From Fimbriosthenelais zetlandica (Eukaryota): a stretch of DNA of 64,000 nt. Position 1 is the first letter of the stretch; each line of letters begins with the position of its first letter. The notes beneath the pieces were generated by a model. That model was not told where the DNA came from, did not search any database, and saw only the letters and a list, made by a program, of their open reading frames with translations. The stretch spans positions 56,792,001 through 56,856,000 of the forward strand of contig OZ365109.1 of the NCBI GenBank assembly GCA_977030845.1, read 5' to 3'. The position numbers and the translations under genes are program-made. This document shows, piece after piece, positions 12,501-25,170 of this stretch.

Positions 12501-15186
12501 CTGCACCCGTCTTCTTTCTTTCCAATTCGGTTTATAGAAAGCAACAAACTAGCATTTAGAACTTAGGTCTTTCCTGACCCCTAGAATTCAGACTAAGCAA
12601 GCTTGCTGGCGACCTAATTGAATTAGTCATTTTGTGTATAACAACAGAGCACAGTTCGTATTTCAACAAAGGTGTGGTAATCGGATTACTTCATCAAGGT
12701 GGCTATCCAATTTAAATTGATTGCCAGGATCATTGATTAATTGAAACTAAGTGTATTCATTCCCTGTTTATCAAGGATATAAGACTCCTTTGGTGGCTGT
12801 AATTCTCCCTATAGCATACACTCATTCATCCTGATCATTCAACACCAAGGTACAATATACACCTTGAAACAAAATAACTCGAGCCTCTTTGTGCATTAAA
12901 TGAATTAACAAAAAATAAAATTTTGTTCATTTCTGCTAAGAAAGGGGCTTACTTTAAAGTTTGAAAATTAGGGTATAATACTTGTGTTGCAATGTGTTGT
13001 ATTTACACTCTTTCTCCCCTATATTTCAGTTCATTGTTGGAGCTAATGGTCTAATGGGACTCAACTATGAGCATGCACCAGCTGAAGGTCCTCCCATCAT
13101 CTCTGTAGTGGATCACACCCTTAACTATATGTAGGTATATAATACTATCATTTCTGTAATAATACTCCCCCTTTTTAATTTTATTACAGTAACAATTTAT
13201 TCTCCATTGCAGCTTTGGTTAATTGACAAAAATGTTCTAATGTAAATAGACACTGTGTGTATATCGATGAATATTTCTGTAAGATAGAATATATTTCCGC
13301 CCATTTCTGAAATGTAAATTTATATATCTTCAAGTGATAAGGACCATCCTGAACGATCGCCCGCTCCGGGACTGAAGTTACCCAGACGGTTAGACTTCCA
13401 ACTTAATATCAAAGCTGAGGCGGCCATTGAGGAAGCCAAACAAGGATTTGATGCGTGAGTCTCAAACCTACATTAAATGAATAATATTTAAAGCACTATT
13501 TCAAGTGTGGCCTTTATCCATACAGTTAATATGTTACTGAATTAGTTTAAAGGAAAACTGCCATGAAAGGTTAGTAAATATATATGCTTGTGAATGACTC
13601 CAATTTACAAATTCACTACGGTTTTCCTTTAATTTGTTGATTGTATTTTCAGACTAATTGCTGATCTTGATATGACAGCATTCACCTTTGATCACTATGG
13701 TAAAGACTTTGTTAAGACACAAAAGATGAGTCCTGATGCCTACATACAGCTGGCCATACAACTAGCCTACTACAAGTATGTCGTTTATTCTATCTATTGG
13801 ATTCTGTACACTTGCTATATCGTATAGAATCAATATTTATTATTATATAGACATTATATGAATATTACTCCAATGCTCCCATACTAGAAGCACTTCCTTC
13901 ATTCCAGATGTCAAATATGTAATTAAAATCGTGTTTTGTATTTTTGCCTCCTATTCTGAGAATTCCCAATGTATTGCTCTCTATAATGCCTCTAAATCAA
14001 ATAATAAAAATTTAAATGTTTCTAGATTATATGGAGTGAACGCTATAACGTATGAGAGTGGGTCGTTACGTCGTTTCCAGCATGGACGTACAGAGACCAT
14101 CCGATCTTGTTCCCTCGCCTCCGCCAATTATTGTAAAACCATGCAGGATGGGGACAAGTCTGCTGGAGAGAAAGCCCAGGCACTCCGAGATGCTGTCACT
14201 TCCCATAGAAACTATACTAATGATGTAAGTGGCGTCCGAATATATTTTATTTATTGATGTATCAATTTGAATAAATTAATGGGGGTTTTACTTTCAGCTA
14301 TATGAATTAAAATAAGGATTAGAAGGTAACGACCCAGCAACAACATTATATTTGGTATTTATGTGAATCAGACTGGTGATTTTTTTTAACTTCAGGTGGT
14401 TAATGGGCAGGGTGTTGACCGCCATTTACTAGGTTTAAAGTTGACAGCCATAGAGCATGGTTTGAATGTACCAGACTTCTTCATGGATCCTATATATACC
14501 TCAGGTACCTACTGGACAATCTCCACTAGCCAGGTAACTCAATGATCATTCTTCATTTTGTGAAACATTTCCTCTGGAAAAATAAAAATGTAGTACCCTC
14601 GATTTAAGTGCTAAAATCACACAGCTCAGTGACGGATCCACTGGGGTCGGGGTGCCTTAGATCTAACATATATCTACCCCCGCCCCCCGTGCAAGATTCT
14701 AGAGGATCTTTCCCTGAATGTCCTATCTAATAGCATCAATTGGAGGGTGATACTCGCATAAATGTCCTGTCCAAACATAATTTAATTTGATATCCTACCT
14801 CAATAGAATTTAGTCTCCCTTTTCGTCCAATTCACAAACCTAAATCTGAATGTTGACCTGGCTTTTAGCTAAGAGTAAATGAATCATTTTACTATTCCCA
14901 ATCCAGGGAAGGAAAAGATAAGTGAAACAACCAGTATTGATTTTTCTGTATGTCATTTATACAGGTACCATCCAAGCATAATGCCGTTTTGTGTTTTGGC
15001 CCTGTGGTTCCTGACGGCTACGGTGTTTGTTACAACCCCATGCCACACGCCATCAACTTCTGTGTCTCTGCTTGGAACAGCAGCCCCGAGACGGACTCCA
15101 AGAAGATGATGAACTCCCTGAACGAGGCACTCCGAGAAGCTCAGGCTATCTGCTCCCAGGCTCAAAAGATCGATGCTAAACTTTGA
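3557..15186 (+). CDS. CRAT: Carnitine O-acetyltransferase, 13 exons, 633 aa
   Basis: Exons, all GT-AG and phase-consistent, total 1902 nt: 3557-3583, 9244-9441, 10019-10105, 10311-10429, 10586-10639, 10907-11075, 11395-11739, 13030-13130, 13335-13454, 13653-13775, 14026-14224, 14396-14533, 14965-15186. Motifs: LPRLPVP, NWLSDWW, NRWFDK, catalytic His in YEHAPAEG, GRTETIRS (carnitine type; ChAT has VDN), STS, FGPVVPDGYGVCYNP and C-terminal AKL. Confidence 0.96.
4573..4841. mobile_element. 269-bp MITE with short CTGGGCT...AGCCCAG termini and a 5-bp direct repeat GCATT (hAT-like)
   Basis: GCATT occurs at 4568-4572 and 4842-4846, immediately outside the inverted termini. Internal repeats of AAATTTCTTTTAGCAA. 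Confidence 0.45.
5090..5525. mobile_element. Kolobok-like MITE with long imperfect TIRs and TTAA target-site duplication, in CRAT intron 1
   Basis: TTAA|AGGGATGCCAAACACTTGGTATA at the left end matches the reverse complement of the right end, TTAA|AGAGATGCCAAACACTTAGTATA. The inverted match continues for about 110 bp (GTTCTGATCTTAG, ATTTCACTACAAATTATAGCTGG). Confidence 0.8.
11805..12240. repeat. Three-copy G-rich tandem repeat in CRAT intron 7
   Basis: GGG(C/T)CTTAGCTTTCACACAT at 11818, 12009 and 12118, each preceded by AGG(C/T)ACAG. Poly-G runs at 11875-11892 and 12158-12177. Confidence 0.8.
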
Positions 15187-18100
15187 TGCAATACTTTATA
15201 ATACTAGTTTCAAAACAGATATAGTTCCAGGGATTCAAGTCTTAATGCGCATTTTCAATTCTTTTCCAAATTCCGTCTTATTCCCGAGTAAATTTAATAA
15301 TTTGGGGGGTCATTTATTTCAGAAAATGATAAAATTCTGCACAATTTATGAAACAAACGAAAATTGCAATATATAAAAACAATAATATTAAAAAGTGTAT
15401 TTTATATTTAGGGTTATTCTGACTTGCTTGACTTGCATCCCTGTAATTGAGATTAGTTATATGACCTGCAGAAGTAGTTTTGAGGATATTTTCTGTCAGT
15501 GAAGTGCCACTTCCACTACTGCTGATGTCTGAAGGTCAGCTGGCTGGATAGTTTTCAGTGATATAATGATTTCCCTTGGAGTAATTTTCCGCCCAACAAG
15601 GTAAGTTTAGTCAAGTGGAACGAGATTATTGCTTTAAACATATATACATGTAACTAAATTACCAGGATAGTGCATGCTTGCCTTTCGTATTTTTCTGGGT
15701 TTTTTTGCAAGCATTTGAGCCAAATTTCGTTGAGATCTGCTTTGTGATTTGAAAAGTTCCCTTTTTAATTTGGTCCATTTTTTGGACATTGGCTTACTAT
15801 TTCATCTGAGCTTTGCTGAATATGGGTCTCATAAACTTATTCCCTGGTCACATCAAACCAAATGCCAAACCATGTTAGGGTATAGATAGGTGGGTTTTGT
15901 AGCGCTTATGTTGATTTGACATTAATATTTTAAGGTGTAAATCTAATCCGGGAATTCAATATGTCTGCTGTGCAATGGTAGTAACTGGTTAAAAAATCAT
16001 TTGCAGTCTCGCTCATTCAGCGGTCCAGCTTTAATTATGGATTTGACTTTTACTACGCGTTTCTTCCACGAAACCTGTAGAACAAATTCCACCCAGCTAG
16101 TAATTTCGCGTCAAATTACAATTCGGTTGTAAAATACCTTAATTGGTAATTTTCAGACTGGCTGAGTGGATATTTGAGACATTTGAAATGGTCCATTACA
16201 GTTCAAACTCTATAGATCTAAATATATACTGTTACAATATACTGCTACATATATACTGTAAACAGTTAGCGCCAATATACTTAAAACCCCTTTAAAATCC
16301 CCAAAAGCTAGAGCATGATTGAGGCATGAATCTTGAGAAACTTTCTGAACCGATTTATTTGTGGTAAATATTTGTTTTCTTTTGGTACAAATGGCCATAG
16401 GGCTTTTCGCATAATGTACATAATTATGCTTTCAGTATACCAGGTATACAAATGGCTGCCTTGTAAATAGGCTGAAAATACATTTGATTATGGATTTCCA
16501 ACAATTGCTTATAATTTCTTGTAAGATTTAAAATAGCTGTGATGTGAAAACCATTTTATAACAAAATGTTCGTGTGTAGGCCTACTTCCCTCGAAATCAG
16601 AAATTTGCACAAATCATTTACAGCATTAACTTGTGAAGGTCTCTAGTTCATTTTTTTTTCTCACTAAAAGGTTTATTGGGATTTAATAATTACCATCTGT
16701 ATCAGAACATTTATACATTATAGTTAGGTTACATATAGACATACAGTTGACACCATAATTATTCGACCTCCATCACAATTTATTGTAATGAGCAAAACAT
16801 TAAATTTTTTAGTTATTTTGACAAAAGTAAAAGCGTAATTTAAATATAGATCATTGATAAAAAAAATGTCTATTTAAATTATCCTTCTGTTTGGGGTTAT
16901 GCCTTATCACAAATAGCTGAGAAATTTTACATTTGCCGAAAAGCGTTTAATGTAGCAGAGGTAGAATAATTTTGGGCCAACTTTAAACGGTTAGTCCTAT
17001 CTATCTAATAGTGTACAATAATTATACAGTGGTTTATGGGTTATACCCACCGGTTGCACAATAATATGTCTAGTACTGGTATGAAAAGAGGCGCTTGTGT
17101 GTGGAAGTAAAATTTGTCATATATCCTTGCACCTTGGGTTTATTGGTAATACATGTACACAGATGAGCATATTCTCTTGCTATACATTCATTTCAATATA
17201 TACATGAAAGAACTTAAATGCAATAAAATGATATTTTATTACTCAATGAATAATTTCGCAACATAATTAATATTGATGCTCTCCATTTTCGTAACATTTG
17301 TAATTCAGAAGTTCGAACTACGTATACCTCAACTTGAGGCTCAAGTAAAACCATTAATTTTAGTTTGGTCTAATTTTGTCATTTTCTGAAATTTTAAGCT
17401 GGATATTTGAATAGAATTGGTCAGGGAAATAGGGAAAAAACCGGGAATTTGGGCCACTCCCTTTTGTGGCAACACTGTAAACGGAGTAGGCCTATCTGTC
17501 CCGGTGAGGCTCGGCCTATTCCCGTTGGCGAGGCTTGTCCGCGCACTGTACTTGTTTACTTAGCCTAGCTTACGCTAGAGGGCAGCACTGCTGTAGCCCT
17601 GCTTCCTCTGTGCCTCTTAGTGCAAGCAAGGATGGTGCAAGGATAGAACTAGCCTAGTTCTATGGTGCATGGACTTCCTTATTTTTAAATTAAGCCCTGC
17701 TGTGTTAAGTAAGGAGAAAATGACAACCAGAAGACATGACAATCAAGTCATTTTGCTCATTTTCATATTCTTTGTGAACAGCATGTCACTTTAGTCGGAA
17801 TTCTAATATTAGGACCGAGGAATATAATATGTTTCTGAATTCCTTCTAAATTGTACCCTGCACGTAGGTCGACTATATGCTATAAAAGCAGCATGATTTA
17901 GGCGGTGGGACGGAAGGGAGCTAACACGGCTATGAAGGCCTATATTACACTTGAGGACAAGATCCTTGTGCAATCCAAGTTGGGAACTACTTGGACCTTG
18001 CCACACTCATACCACCCTCCCGTCCCTGTCCTCCTCACTCCAACTCCTATCCTCCCAGGCCCGCCTCCCTTCTCTGTTGTAACCACCGCCCATGGGATCT

Positions 18101-21100
18101 CTTTTCCAACCTTTCACTCCTGTCCTTCCATTACATGAACAAGTCTATATAAATAATTATAGTCTTTTATATTTTTATTATTATGTGGTCCAGTCATGTA
18201 AAAGAAAAATTTGGGATGAACGGATTAATTGGCTTCAGTACTATTACTATGGCTTTATTATGTATCAAATGTTCAGGATATGTCCATCATATATGGTTTG
18301 GAAAATTATTTCCCGCTCATTTCTGTACCACTTCAATAGTCATGAGTAGGCATATAGTAGTCCTATATGTATGGTGTAAGTAATTGGAGGCTTCCTGTAT
18401 TCATGAAAGTAAAACAAAATATATTATATACATGCACTATAGGCCTACAACAATTCAAACAAAAATTATTGGGATGAAGAACTTAATTTCTTTTTCATAG
18501 TTTGCATAGGCCTATGCATGCCTACTTTGGAGAATATTTAATTTACATTGCAGCAAACTGATAATACACAAATAACGTACCCTGAGGCATTGTTTGTTCT
18601 TAAAGGGACCTCATACACCATATACAAAAGCTGCATGCATGCATACATTGAATATAATATTGGCCTTACATATCCCCCGACCAATATTCATCGTTTTTCT
18701 TGGGAGCGAATCACTCATCATGAAATATTAATAATTGTACATGCACCTGGCATGAATATACAGATCTATGCACCTCTCCGGGTTATATTTCAGCAACTTC
18801 TCTTGGCTCTGTGTCAAGGAGCCAGAGGCCGGTCCTGCTCGGCCCGGGACGGTGTTGGTTTGCCGGAGGTGGTTGGCCCTCATGCCGGTACCTCATTCTC
18901 CATGAGTGCGGGGATCCTTGACCAGAGTTTTAACAGTGGGACATGGACAGAGACCACCCACCTGATTATTATTATAGGCGTTAGCCCTAGGGAGAGGCAA
19001 ACTCGTGTATATTGTTAATGAGGGGTCAAGCAAACAGAGGACTGCAAATAAACACTTCTAAAATGACAAACGCTCCTTTCAAGCCCACTGTCCACTCATC
19101 TTCAATGGCCTTTCTACATTGTTTGATTGGAAGTGAAATGTCCCCTTCAGTCCTATTTTCCTAACATGCCTTCTAAAATGACCTTTAGTTGAAAAACAGT
19201 TATTATTACGGGCGTTTTTACTGCAGTACAGATAGACCTATACATGTACATTATTCTGTGGGCCTAATCATATAGGCCCTATCTGTGGAAATATTAGATC
19301 AGATCATAGTTTCCCTATAGCATATTAATTGAATATTTTAAAATAATTACTATATCCCTATAACGGTTTATAATGCTCAAGTTTAGTAGGTCTTTTATGG
19401 ATAAAGAGGTTATAGCTTCTATTCCATTAATAATGCCACCTATCTGTTTATATCATTTAGTGAAGTTTTCAGTTCTAAGATATTTGGTTGTGTCAGTCTT
19501 ATTTCTCTTATCTGTAACTTGAGACATCATTCGATCTGTAGCATCCCAGCGTCATCCCTCATTTCCCCATGACCTCTTGACCCTGACGGAGGCCCAGTGC
19601 TCTATGGGATCCAATGAAGCATGACACTGTGGCCTCCTCACCAGGGCGGTGCCCTGGAGATGCCCCCGTTCCCCCTCCCACCCAGCCGGCCACCCAGTCA
19701 CCTCCTCCCGGCTGGTCCTTATTAACATGTGACGATAGACATGATTCTGTCGGAGCATGTAATGGGAACATATTAGAGTTTAGACTTGACAGCTGCTGCC
19801 TATCGCTTAACATGTCAATGGGGCGTAATTGTTTGACCCGAGGGCTTTTATCAAAGATCCGAGGATATATATAGCCCATAAGTTATAATAGGTCTATATA
19901 CATGTTTTCATGGAAAACTTGTAGCCTAAAACTTAGGGTATTAGTAGGCCCATTAGCCCTGTGATTAGGCTTACTCTTCCCATCTCCTTTTAATTCATTA
20001 AGTCAAAAATGCATGATCGAATAACTTAATTGCAGGTAGGTCTATAAGCGGCCTAAATCATACCTTAAAATCTCGGCCCATTGAATTTATAACATATTTC
20101 AGGTTGATGGTGGACATCAATTACCTTATAAAGGGGCCTCTTAACCCGTCCTACACTATGACATGAAAATATTGATTATCCGTAGTTATTGACGTATAGC
20201 CAAGATATCTATGTCCCTCATATAATATGTGTCCAAGCTGTGAAATTTCTTTATTGATGTTCTCTCCCAGGGGACTGATCTCATATAGATTGACCACGTA
20301 GGCTAGGTATAGGCCTACATAAACCCCCTGAGCTGAGGGCAAAGGCACAAGGGGACAGGACTAGATAATTATAGGCTTTGGCCTAGTAGCCTAGAGTGTC
20401 ATGTCATGTATATATTTGAGACACATCTCAATGAAGGATTTAAACCATTGGGTATTAACGATGCTATTTCGAGATATAAACAAGAATGTGAGTCCTATTA
20501 GCAAAACACCGATATCCTCTATCATGGCTCCAAAATGGCGTTCTATGATGACCTTGCCTCGTGTGAAGGTCATTCGTTAGCCACGGGAGGCTCGAGGTCA
20601 GCAGGCGCCCTGTCTCGACATATTACCTTGGAGGGCACAGCCTCCAGTCATAAGGGTAAATTCTTCACGGATAGAAAAGAGGGAGGGTGCCAGTCAAGGA
20701 AGGGAGAGTTGCCGTTGATGCAGGGGGTTTTTAAAAGTAGTTTTACTTCTATTCTATTCAATTTATTGACTCAGATAGGCCTCATAAACACGACCTTTAC
20801 AAGTGCATATTGTAAAGTAACATTGAATAAATGTATTGAATATAAAATAGGATTTTGGACAGGATAGTTCTAAGGGTTGGGAGTGATCAGTGGACATTAG
20901 TAGGCCTACACCAATATACATTAGGACCTCGCCAGGAGGGTGCACTATTCCGGATGCAACTCGCACTTGGTGTCCCCCATCTCCGGATCCTCTCCAGGGT
21001 TAAGTTGTATTTCGATCCGCGTGTGGAATTCCATTGATCAGACAAGACCACACACACTATCCCTAAGAAACGTTCCACAGGATACTTAATATATTTGACC

Positions 21101-22921
21101 CGGGTGAAACTTAAATTTATCAGACCTCCAGGCGTTGAAATGACCCGAGGTAAGGTTATTCTGGAGACTCACAGTGCTCCGAATCTTATTCGATTACAAT
21201 TTCAATTCAAAACGTAATGAAACATTCCCGGAATCAATTATTTGAGCTATGTTGAATTTATGTAAAAAGGACAAGGGGATTATTCAGTAAAGCAATATAA
21301 TTAAATAATTAGTGATGTCCATCATTTGCAGGCCCTATAGGCCTACTATGATTTACCATGAGTCCTTGACCTGCCATTGATCAAATTTCTTCCAATGAAG
21401 GATTATTTAGTTTAATATTAACTAATTTTTAAGGATTTAGGCGAAAACCTACCACCCCACCCCACAATTTATAACGTTCCCAAATCCCATTTCAGTAACC
21501 TCTATATTATATAAATTAGCGACAAAAAAACTTTAGGCTAATGCATGGGACGATCAATATTGCAATGTGTGCAGCCCTTACTGGTCTTTCCCTACAACAA
21601 GCGCAGGGGGAGCCCCAACAGGGTTTCAAAGACCCAACTATAGAGACCCAGGGGAAGAAGGGGCCTGTGGTCTATTTCCAGGACTACATACACAAAAAGG
21701 CCAAGTAAAAATCGCGATGAAGTATTGCTTTAAGGGTGGTCTTTACCGCTTGCTAAAGGATCTCCCCTAAATAGGTTCGTTACTTCAAGGCAGGGATGAG
21801 ATGGGAATGAGAGAACCAGCATGTTTTCCATTACCAAGGAACAAGTCTACTCTGTGAGACCTTCAATGGATTCTAGTGAACGATCTCTCAAGCTCTGCAA
21901 GAAATCTCTTAAAAACAAAAATATTCTCAAGCATGATTTTGCAACTAGGCCTATGTATAAATCTTTCAGTCGTTCCCATCAAACTATGAAAAAAGTAAAT
22001 AAGCTAATTACAACTACATGTATGTATGTATACAATTCGGAATTTTAAATACATTACATGCACATGTAGGCCTACAATGTTCTTATGTCATGAACATTCC
22101 CACATGCAGTGGAGGTAAATGGGATTATAAGTGGTTCAGTCCATTTTGTGAAGTGCAAATACACTCAACATCACAATTTCTGTGGGCTTTTTATTTAATC
22201 CATCAACCCTACAATTTTATTATTTCTTAAGATAATACACCGAAGGAAAATTTGTAAAGCGAGGAAATGATCTCAGTGCGGACTATATTTGTCTGATAGG
22301 ACAGGGTAATTTTAGACGATTGAGTGTGTTTTCTGATAGGCCAGTATTATTGATTGTCTGAGGTTCGGTTTGAGTGCAGAACTTGGGTATTGAGTCAAAA
22401 TAATTGACTCACGAGGACTCGATGACCAAACAAGGAAGAGCTATTTACAAGACCTCAATATGAAGTATTGATCTAAGGAATTCACTTGAAATCTCTAAAT
22501 CTCCAGCTCCTGCTCGTCCCTCAACATTGAGAACTCAGCCCTGACACTGTCGGGTAAATTTCGATTGGAAAAATGGTACTATTGTCCATCTAATTGGTTC
22601 TGAATCCCTACTTGATGTCTCTGAATTCCTATACACGTGTATTCACTATTGTATAAGACATCTTTATGCGTGTATAAAAACGTATACATGTTTATATCAA
22701 CATGAAATCTCTTATTTAGTTATTTAGGCGTATGACATTCCGTGTTTATAAAATAACAAGCTTTGATTAACTGACGCTTCCAACAGCAGCCTGTGGGTTC
22801 AACCACAGTCCCATCATGCGGTGGACGAAGGCCGGAATAAACAATTTTCCATCACCCATTCAAGACGTTTTAATCAATTTAATCAGAACAACTAAAGCGC
22901 CTTCTACACTATACCGATTAA

Positions 22922-22992
22922 TGATCTGATCAGATCAAAATCTGACATGCAAGATCTGCTCCCAAATCGCATCAGATCTGACATGTCAGATC
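22922..22992. repeat. Pair of perfect palindromes (16 bp and 18 bp)
   Basis: TGATCTGATCAGATCA at 22922-22937 and GATCTGACATGTCAGATC at 22975-22992. Confidence 0.85.
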
Positions 22993-23096
22993 ACTATAAA
23001 TAATTTTTAACATTGGAGCCTATGGGCGTTTCCAATGGACCCTGACAGGTTAGCCGTTTCAAGTTGGACCTCAAATCCACAGTGCGCTTGTGCGCG

Positions 23097-23159
23097 TGGT
23101 AGGTAGTCTAGAGGTAAGACACTCGCCTGGAACACGAAAGACCGGGGTTCGATTCCCTA
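23097..23159 (+). pseudogene. tRNA-derived fragment (tRNA pseudogene or SINE head), Asp/Val/Gly-like
   Basis: A box TAGTCTAGAGG, D-stem GTCT/AGAC and B box GGTTCGATTCC are intact. The anticodon stem is mismatched (loop CTGGAAC) and there is no 3' acceptor-stem partner. Confidence 0.65.
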
Positions 23160-23544
23160 TAAATCATTTTTCGCTGCTCCCTGGATCGCTACACATTTAT
23201 ACCGAAAAGCATTGTTGATTTGGTCTTTCTTTCGTTCGAGTTGCTGAGGGGAGGGGGCGGACGGGATGGGAGGGTGGGGTGCTGAATATTTTTCAATATT
23301 GATTGGAAGGCAAATCCAATGTAGACAGCTTAAATCCTGCGCTGCGTTTTGTCCTCTTCCTCCGCGCTCTCCCTTCTCTGCGTCCAATGCCGCCCCCTTC
23401 AGTGCCCCTCTGGCTCTGCGAAAATCCCGCCCGTGGCCTCTCCAAGCCCTCTGACCACTGAAGCGTTGAAAAAGTTGAGGCTATTTCTGGCCAATTTTCT
23501 CTCCAACTTTACCTCCTCCCATGATCCTTTGCAGCTCGATTTCT

Positions 23545-24552
23545 AAAAAGTCGAATATCTCCTCAATTAAGGGGTCTAAAATTACAAACTAAACGGATTA
23601 TTCTTAGTTGGGAAGTATTCTAAACAGTGGCCATGTTTTTGAAGCGAGCAAATTGATTTAGAATTTCGGATTTTGAAAATGGACTGAATTTCTTCAATTA
23701 GCATTGGAGTCAATGGAAGGAGGCGCCTGAGCGCCAGTGGCGACCCGAGATGTCATAGCGGCGGAAACGTGAACTACTATGCGCCAGCCAGCATAGCCTG
23801 AATGAAAGTGAAGGAAGAACGCCTAGCAAGGGTATAGGCCCGATGATATATTATGGGAAATAGTGAAGGAATGCCCAGCCCGGGTATAGGCCTTATGATA
23901 TGTATGGGAAATGGTAGGATGGACGCCCGTCATGGGCCTTATTACATGGGAAATGTTAATAGTTGAGAGCCGGACCGTGTTAGGACATATACTTTTTGTA
24001 TTACATTTTTGAATGAATAAAATTTATTTAAAATTGACATTTTGAAATGTGTGTTTTCATTCAAGTATATAGTGAAGTAGGAGGGGATGCCTATGAATAT
24101 GGGTCTGGGCCTCTTAGGGTAAATGATTTTTAAGCTTCTTTATCACACCCTTTCTTATCTGTTTTCAATTAACAAGATTCTGAAACCCATGAAAGGGTGT
24201 TTCGCAGCCATGCAATAAAACCTTTGTGCGTTGACTATAATCATAGGCGGAGTATCTGTCCCGGTGAGCCTATTCGCTGGCTTGTCATGCAGGCTACTAT
24301 AATCATAGCAGGCTAGTTCACCTTTTCACCGCTGGAAGTTTGGCGTCGCCACTGTCGCGCAGGCTTGCTCCTTCCATAGAGTCCAATGCTAAAGACCTCA
24401 AATTGACAACATTTTCAAAATCCGAAATTTTAAATTAATTTTATTTGCACAAAAAGTACATAGATACCTGGAGATGCTTCCAACTAAGAATAATCCGTTT
24501 GAATTGTAATTTTAGACCCATTATTTACGAAGATATTCAACTTTTTCGACTT
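23545..24552. mobile_element. About 1-kb foldback structure: roughly 240-bp inverted copies of one repeat family around a spacer with three ~50-bp tandem units
   Basis: 23545-23780 aligns to the reverse complement of 24310-24552 (GGGTCTAAAATTACAA, AAACGGATTATTCTTAGTTGG, AATTTCGGATTTTGAAAATG, TAGCATTGGA, CAGTGGCGAC). Tandem units containing GGGTATAGGCC...ATGGGAAAT lie at 23815-23955. Confidence 0.7.
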
Positions 24553-24844
24553 TTAATGAGAGGGCGCTGTTCAGGTTTTTAAAAGGCCAAATTATAGGCC
24601 TGTATACACTCGGCCGATTTGACAACTTCGCAAAAATCGGTGTTATCCTCATTTTACGTCTCTATTATTTTGATATTTATCAGTAAAGGTCATAAGTCAG
24701 ACATAACCGGGGTTTCGAGTGAAAATAAACCATATTAAGTAGATAAAGAGCCGATTGGAGTGGACTGGGAAACCGGCTCTGTAGCACACATCCATGTAAT
24801 CGAGAGTGACTTTTAACATTGCGCCTATGGGCGGGACACTTTTG

Positions 24845-25170
24845 CTGGATCCAAAGGATTTAGGCAGGTTAAAAGCATAGGATCGGGCTGAATTTGTAGG
24901 AGGGAGTTGGGGTGAGTACTGGGGGTAGACATGGAGGTCGGGGTGTAGGTTGGGGGCCGGGGAGGTGTCCGGGGGGCTAACTAATTTTTACCATTGAAGC
25001 CTATGGACAGTACCGGTACATAGAAAGCGACTCTAGTGAATTTACATGGGTTGGCTGTATGTCTATCGGGACTGGGGCTTGAGTTATGGGGCTGCGGGTG
25101 GGTTGGGGAAGGGCCGGGGTGGGTATAGGAGGGGAGCGGGGCCGTCGGAGTTGGGTGGAGGGGGGTAGGT
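24845..25170. repeat. G-rich interspersed repeat fragment
   Basis: The core GGATCC..AGGA(A)TTTAGGCAGGT is shared with 28057-28080, and GGGGT-rich tracts follow. The CATTGNNNCTATGG motif at 24990 is shared with 23013 and 24815. Confidence 0.45.

Noticed and set aside
3557-15186. Choline acetyltransferase or CPT/CROT identity
   Set aside because: GRTETIRS (not VDN), the C-terminal AKL, a bulky residue at the 564-equivalent position and the exon pattern all fit CRAT.
17420-17477. Complete hAT MITE ending GTGGCAACACTG
   Set aside because: Only one terminus is visible. No matching left end or TSD was found.
19552-19758. Tc1/IS630-like motif LDPIEHW
   Set aside because: An isolated resemblance with no other DDE motifs and no TIRs found.
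23097-23168. Functional tRNA-Ser(GGA)
   Set aside because: No acceptor stem, a mismatched anticodon stem and a short variable arm incompatible with Ser.
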